Below are positions 59,801 to 64,000 of a stretch of 64,000 nt of DNA, piece after piece. Under the pieces are notes generated by a model. That model was not told the DNA's origin and searched no databases. It saw nothing but the letters and a program-made list of their open reading frames with translations. Within the stretch, counting starts at the first letter, position 1. Each line of letters opens with the position of its first letter. Source of the DNA: Euryarchaeota archaeon UBA86 (GTDB lineage: Archaea; Thermoplasmatota; Poseidoniia; Poseidoniales; Thalassarchaeaceae); contig DAQX01000023.1 in assembly GCA_002503055.1 (NCBI GenBank), positions 15,297 to 79,296 of the forward strand. Reading direction: 5' to 3'. Position numbers and translations under genes: made by a program.

Positions 59801-61583
59801 CAACCCATTCCTCGGAGCCTGTAGGCGGAGGATCTGTACCATTTCCAGGATCTGGATCAACCGTTCCTCCAAGCATTGCATTGAGAATCATATTGCCATC
59901 GATAATTCCGAATCCGTAATCCTCGTTCCATCTGTTGCTGATATCTGGAAGCGAAGCCTGTCCACGAGTCTCAGAATTGTTCTGTAGAAGGTCCTTGACT
60001 TCTTGAGGTTCCAAGCCATCATCAATTTGTAGCATTACTGCAACGAATCCAGCAACAGCAGGACAAGACATACTAGTCCCTGAAAGCTGTGTGTAACTAT
60101 CCTCTGCCAGAGGTTTGGGGGCTCCCGGTAGAGTACTGCTTGAAGCAGCGTGCTGGGCTGACATTATGTTTGATCCAGGAGCAACTACCGTTGGTTTGAG
60201 TTCCTCCCACTCATTGTTATCTCCATCGTCTTCTCGAGGCCCTGAGTTTGAGTAGGAGGCAATCAAATCGTCGCCACGCTCGATGGTATTCTCATCATCT
60301 ATCGCTCCGACAGTAATGGCACTATCTGAGGCCCCCACCGATGTGACCCTGCGCTTACCATCGTTTCCGATTGCTGCAACAGGAACTACCCCCGCTTCTG
60401 CCGCAGCATCCACCGCTCTTGCATCAGCATTTGTGCCGTTATCTCCCGGATCATCATCTCCACCCGGGTTAGCGGAACCAAACGACATGGACATCACTTG
60501 GATGCCCTCGCTAGAGTCGTTATTGCCCCAATCGGTGTCGGCATTGTCGACCACCCATTGTATTCCTCTCAGCGTGGCAGCAGAGTTGGTCGCTCCAGCA
60601 TCAGTCATGACCTTAACATCAACTAAGTAAGCCCCTGGGGCATAACCTTGATTGATCCTACGAGAATCTCCTGTGCCTAGAGCTATTCCTGCAACATGAG
60701 TACCATGTCCGTCTCCATCATCGGGGTCCAAACTTCCATCATCGCAGTCCTGTGAACTCCATGAGGTAGCATCACATCCTGCCAACCATTTCGGGTCAGC
60801 CAATTCATCTGGATCTTTCTCATTATCATTGTTTGAATCAGAGAAGTCGTCGAGGGAGAAATGCTCGTTGTCAACACCTGTATCGAGAATTGCAATTACA
60901 ACACCCGAACCATCATACCCGAAGTCTCTCATCGTCTCGTCAAAGACTTCAGAATCCCTGACCTTAGAGCCCCGAGTAGCCTTATCCAGTAGAGGGACAA
61001 TAACATTCTGTTCCTCAATCATGACGACTCCATCAAGTGACCAAATGTCAATCAGTGAACTGACTGGGACATGATCGATAACAATCGAATCAAGGATTCC
61101 AAGCGGGTCAAACCACGATCCTTCGTCCTGCCATCCGTGGGCATACAGGACCTGCTTAATCGCAGCAATGTCATCCGGACCCGGATGCCATGAGTAATCC
61201 ACCACTATGGCAACTGTCGGGAGTCCATCTGCTCCCATTATTGAAGTAGTTGAGACAGAAGTCGATAGACCAGCGATTATTCTCTGCAACCTATCGTCCA
61301 TTCCATTGGAATCTAAGTCATACCAGTAACTGAACCACCATCCTGGTTCCTCGACCGGCCAACCGGATCCATGTGGCGGGAATCCTGGAGAGCGGTCTTT
61401 CTCGAGACAGATACTATCTCCGCACATCAGAGGAGGTAAATCCGCTCCAAGAGTCTCATTAGATTCATCATTCAAGGGCTGTTCTGGAGGAGGTACAAGG
61501 GCCCCAGATGCCACTGAGACATCCATCACAAACACAAGAAGAGCTACGATTACAGGAAGCCTCATCTTAGTGGCATCTGGCAT
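56853..61583 (-). CDS. giant subtilisin-like (S8) serine protease with CARDB-like repeats, a single C-terminal TM helix and a cytoplasmic tail ending in a zinc ribbon
   Basis: Signal 'MRLPVIVALLVFVMDVSVASG'. Triad motifs are 'VIAILDTGVD', 'DGHGTHVAGIALG' and 'LSGTSMSCPAVAGFVAVML'. The CARDB-like segment reads 'AASNLAISLYEDG...GDIVEVVLYWNP...LDETDN'. The TM helix is 'LLGGFAIAVLLLCTVILVTL' (about 57219-57293). The final 30 aa are 'VICPSCSSRFEIAMGNSSVNCPVCNERIVL'. Start is Met 61583 or 61565; the ORF-track start at 61661 would overlap the rhomboid gene. Confidence 0.9.
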   Translation of the reverse strand: MPDATKMRLPVIVALLVFVMDVSVASGALVPPPEQPLNDESNETLGADLPPLMCGDSICLEKDRSPGFPPHGSGWPVEEPGWWFSYWYDLDSNGMDDRLQRIIAGLSTSVSTTSIMGADGLPTVAIVVDYSWHPGPDDIAAIKQVLYAHGWQDEGSWFDPLGILDSIVIDHVPVSSLIDIWSLDGVVMIEEQNVIVPLLDKATRGSKVRDSEVFDETMRDFGYDGSGVVIAILDTGVDNEHFSLDDFSDSNNDNEKDPDELADPKWLAGCDATSWSSQDCDDGSLDPDDGDGHGTHVAGIALGTGDSRRINQGYAPGAYLVDVKVMTDAGATNSAATLRGIQWVVDNADTDWGNNDSSEGIQVMSMSFGSANPGGDDDPGDNGTNADARAVDAAAEAGVVPVAAIGNDGKRRVTSVGASDSAITVGAIDDENTIERGDDLIASYSNSGPREDDGDNNEWEELKPTVVAPGSNIMSAQHAASSSTLPGAPKPLAEDSYTQLSGTSMSCPAVAGFVAVMLQIDDGLEPQEVKDLLQNNSETRGQASLPDISNRWNEDYGFGIIDGNMILNAMLGGTVDPDPGNGTDPPPTGSEEWVVIESPEEDAWLVEGETYSARGHIDEDKDTNGTIDEVSVRISYSHRPEGEPKREVVLVDWHVAQGTINWTTPFTLPEFTEEEIEVIEVIIEAQAKNEFEQWSKVAKQKHEVGLIAVTMGGPSGQEAVSGSVNVFGTWESVNGGTVQWRIGTEAWETAQTFGGSGSSNGDWSVTWDTEEVDDGFYRISARMVSGDGIYSEEVKRVVEVDNDPPAANLIFRTGLSVEEYGIPISETYVNTFLEVRTEIRNDGDMAASNLAISLYEDGARKDEMVLPSIDSGDIVEVVLYWNPTTIGEKTVLVSLDPANTIEELDETDNDQSISFPVIQRPQGVDLAFRDGAIRTEPPIPRPNDQFLITARVDNLGSTDATSVEASLEIHNGLGWVLVSSTAIPLVMGQGASQISFAHKMNQSGPVDVRITVTGTGLADLDWSNNQVESTVLVDESTLTGSRSMTFGTGEIPIRLIDLDDEGLVITEKEGVLSLYRLNSNRMLTSCTNVLDEMWSGDLAFSSTEDGWAHIVWTRRFIDSTGYFRQTLSYSTIDASCEMTPIQDLMQPILLSDGKYWGIDIDVDDSEILVSGYHREMMSGSSFGEQTSVFILHADAPTKSSDWSLTPNVVDEIDLIPGETTSLEVEFGDDDGAHLLYKSSRSDSTNIERHGLWYAHGLIEQSSWTFRKSVADDVTLAKMMVFVIDDEERIVATWKQGEGLDAEMVAIIADSSFNEIDNLTATFPARGMSAIDLVETSRGVQVLFDLVGPTGPQVNYGIIDPEEGWFGIYDRLNLGNLYLVDRSPSSSETLFIHTSASGWQIRAVIDDNDPNRVGDSILEILRHQLGLDEQNFNILLGGFAIAVLLLCTVILVTLSARGLRWIRRNRSVASGVVILEEDVVDVVDESDIKVVAVIRPEDSEEVELVDEVVTSTPVEDMSTPVIPLPEIPVPEEGSASALPAPPPMNMPVICPSCSSRFEIAMGNSSVNCPVCNERIVL

Positions 61584-61651
61584 GGCTCTCACAGAGAGCC
61601 AAACTCGGATGCTGTATAATCTCAACCTGTAACGGCGTAATCTGAATGCGA

Positions 61652-62671
61652 TTACGGCCAATTGAGATGAGAGTCAGAGTGAGTACACTTGAGGCGACAG
61701 ATTTCACCATTCAACTCTGTTACAATCTCGCCATCACAGATAGGACAAATAGTATTCTCAGATAACTCCTCTAGCCATGCTCTTCTGGTCTCTAATTCAT
61801 CCCCTTCCTCTCTAAGTCGACTCAGTATTCTGGCAGCGGTTCCGTGAAGCGGTTTTCCTGCCAGAGTCCAAGGATCATCCTCTAGGCTGCCCATACGACT
61901 CATAGCGTGCTCTCTCATTGCCACAGAACGCCCCATTCCAGATACTTCCGTAGTCTCATCCAGAGGGCTCGGAGCGCCCCGCGCCAAAGGTCGTGCAAGC
62001 AGATATACCAGGAAGAAACCGCCTAAATGTGCCATATGGGCCACATTGGACTGCCCAGCAGTAGCGCTCTGAAGCTCGTAAATATGCAAGACTTCGAGAC
62101 CGAGTCTGACGAAAACAATCAGCCAAACCGGCCATGCTCTTATCAGAAATAAGAGGGGAAACTCGATTTTATCCTCCGGCCAACAAGCCATGTAGGCCCC
62201 CAGTACCCCGAATGCTGCTCCACTGGCCCCAATTGCGGGGGTTGATGATTCTGGATGAGAGATTATCCAAGCGATATTCCCTCCCATGAATCCTAAGAAA
62301 TACACTATCATCCACCTACGAGCACCTAGGCGCTGCTCTAATGGAACTCCAACTAATGCAACAACGAGGATGTTGAGAAGGACATGAAACCAGTCAGCGT
62401 GCAACCATACTGCAGTCACCATTCTGTAAGACTCCAAAGGATCAGTCATTATGCTCGGTTTGATTCCCAAAAAGTCGATCAGCCAAGAATGACTCATTGC
62501 ATAACCCCCAAATATCGACTCTGTGAATTGTACAAATGAGACTAACAAAAGGGATAGAACTGTTGCTAGCGCAACACTGGTCTTTGAATACTGAGCCCAT
62601 AGAAATGGAGCTATAGCTGCAGATAGCATTGTGACTAGAAGAACGATGTCGGACCAACTCAATACGCTCAT
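61652..62671 (-). CDS. rhomboid-family intramembrane serine protease with a C-terminal cytoplasmic zinc-ribbon extension
   Basis: 'WLHADWFHVLLNILV', catalytic 'IGASGAAFGVLGAY' and 'AHMAHLGGFFLVY'. The C-terminus reads 'TICPICDGEIVTELNGEICRLKCTH'. Confidence 0.88.
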   Translation of the reverse strand: MSVLSWSDIVLLVTMLSAAIAPFLWAQYSKTSVALATVLSLLLVSFVQFTESIFGGYAMSHSWLIDFLGIKPSIMTDPLESYRMVTAVWLHADWFHVLLNILVVALVGVPLEQRLGARRWMIVYFLGFMGGNIAWIISHPESSTPAIGASGAAFGVLGAYMACWPEDKIEFPLLFLIRAWPVWLIVFVRLGLEVLHIYELQSATAGQSNVAHMAHLGGFFLVYLLARPLARGAPSPLDETTEVSGMGRSVAMREHAMSRMGSLEDDPWTLAGKPLHGTAARILSRLREEGDELETRRAWLEELSENTICPICDGEIVTELNGEICRLKCTHSDSHLNWP

Positions 62672-62763
62672 CGTACTATCTCCTTGTCTGCGCGCCTAGG
62701 TTCGAGCGAATAGCCGCTTCGTAGTATGGAATCACTCAAACGATACACCTTACTCCCGGACTC

Positions 62764-64000
62764 ATGGCAACAGGCTCGATGCTGCAGACCTCAGACCTCT
62801 CAGTCGATAGAGGAAGTAGAGCAGTACTCAAGGAGATTGATTTCAAACTCTCATCGGGCGAGATTGTTGCACTTGTCGGAGAAAACGGTTCAGGCAAGAC
62901 AACAATGCTCGAAGCGTGCGCCGGAATACTCCCTCTCTCAGGAGGATCAATCAGCAGACATAGTAAATCTGGAAAGATGCAAGTCGTCAGGGATCACGAA
63001 GGTAGAAGGAATCAGCCACCTCCTACAGGATTGACCCTACAGAGAGACGGAATTTGTGGGGAAGAAACAGTCGAAGAGAGACTTGAGGTCGCACTCAAGG
63101 TATCTGGAATGGAAATGTCCGAGCCAATTGCTTCGGATATTCTCAAAGAGTGGGGACTTGAGCATAGAAGGGCCGACAGGGTCGCCCAACTTTCTGGCGG
63201 TCAGAGCCGACGCCTAGCAGTTCTGTGCGGGCTGGCACCCGCAGCACTTAGTGCAGAGTCTAGGGTAGTGATGTTGGATGAACCTTCCGAAGGTTTAGAT
63301 CGAACAGGCAAAGAACTCCTAATTGGATGGTTGAGGGGTCTCAAACTAAACGGCCATTCAGTGATGGTCGCTACTCATGATCAATCGATTATCGACTGCA
63401 GTGATCGTATCATAGAAGTCAGAAATGGAAATCTGAACGAGTCAAATGGTGTCTCTGAAGGTACACCTTCTGATTTACCCGGTCCACTACCGTCTGTAGA
63501 GCCGAGTACTCATGGGGCACTAATTCGATGGGCAATTAAGATGGAGACTAGAAATCCCTTGGATACTACTGGAAGAGCAGCACCCGCTCTGGTAGCACTC
63601 CTATTGTCATACGCACTGATAGGTGAAATCGACATGACTCATGTTGGTAACGACCTAGTTGCAGCCCTAGTACTGGCTCCTGCATTCATCACTGCAGTCA
63701 TCTCCCCAGCACTCACTCGTCGTCTGGCTGAAGAGAGATGCGGGGCTTGGTGGAATGCAATGATTGGCCCCAGTGCAAGGCAGACCTATTCATTTGTAGG
63801 GGCCTCAATTATTCTACCACTCCCGATTACTTACCTTGCTTGGATAATCTTGGTCGACCCCTCGGAATTCACAAATCACTCGGAAGTTACCCGTTGGCTC
63901 TGGCTACCAGCGTTGATAATAATCGATGTAGCCGCTGCAGCTGCGGCTTTGCACCTACTTGTTGCAGATTTACGTAGAGCCTCGGCCGCAGCCGCCTCAT
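62764..64000 (+). CDS. ABC transporter ATP-binding domain fused to a hydrophobic C-terminal region; 3' end lies outside the window
   Basis: Hand translation from ATG 62764 stays open to the window end. It is absent from the ORF track. Walker A is 'GENGSGKTT', signature 'LSGGQSRRL', Walker B 'VVMLDEPSEGLD' and H-loop 'VATHD'. Hydrophobic segments follow ('APALVALLLSYALIG', 'LVAALVLAPAFITAVI', 'FVGASIILPLPITYLAWIIL'). Confidence 0.8.
   Translation, partial: MATGSMLQTSDLSVDRGSRAVLKEIDFKLSSGEIVALVGENGSGKTTMLEACAGILPLSGGSISRHSKSGKMQVVRDHEGRRNQPPPTGLTLQRDGICGEETVEERLEVALKVSGMEMSEPIASDILKEWGLEHRRADRVAQLSGGQSRRLAVLCGLAPAALSAESRVVMLDEPSEGLDRTGKELLIGWLRGLKLNGHSVMVATHDQSIIDCSDRIIEVRNGNLNESNGVSEGTPSDLPGPLPSVEPSTHGALIRWAIKMETRNPLDTTGRAAPALVALLLSYALIGEIDMTHVGNDLVAALVLAPAFITAVISPALTRRLAEERCGAWWNAMIGPSARQTYSFVGASIILPLPITYLAWIILVDPSEFTNHSEVTRWLWLPALIIIDVAAAAAALHLLVADLRRASAAAAS

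Noticed and set aside
62726-63034. 102 aa plus-strand ORF from the ORF track
   Set aside because: It is out of frame with, and nested in, the ABC ATPase gene. That gene's Walker A, signature and Walker B motifs are read in the frame starting at 62764.

Overview
This is a compact, almost fully coding archaeal chromosomal segment. It has no rRNA, CRISPR array, transposase or integrase, and one tRNA. The gene content includes an A-type ATP synthase operon atpHIKECFABD, SMC-ScpA-ScpB, Orc1/Cdc6, aIF2-gamma, S6e, L10e and Dph2. It also includes DNA gyrase, a class II (bacterial-type) HMG-CoA reductase, GGPP synthase with geranylgeranyl reductase, and SufCBD. Together with very large secreted proteases and acidic proteins, this suggests a marine planktonic Thermoplasmatota lineage (Marine Group II/III-like). 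That placement is inference only. Many neighbouring genes are translationally coupled (TGATG/ATGA overlaps), and convergent genes abut or overlap at their stop codons. The housekeeping calls are solid.

Four regions deserve a second look:
1. A rhomboid protease sits directly upstream of a roughly 1600 aa membrane-tethered subtilase. Both end in cytoplasmic zinc ribbons.
2. An Orc1/Arch-ATPase-like protein has degenerate Walker motifs, a long acidic Trp-studded linker and a C-terminal wHTH. It lies downstream of a phased array of GCGTTAAT repeats in the largest intergenic gap of the window.
3. An M50/S2P-like membrane protein has lost its HExxH motif and gained a roughly 400 aa C-terminal domain.
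4. An exoproteome cluster combines a gluzincin-PKD giant protein, a plant/bacterial-type glutaminyl cyclase and a thymidylate-kinase fusion.

Several perfect palindromes sit at operon starts (atpH, aroD, gyrB). All family assignments rest on motif recognition by eye. No database search was run.
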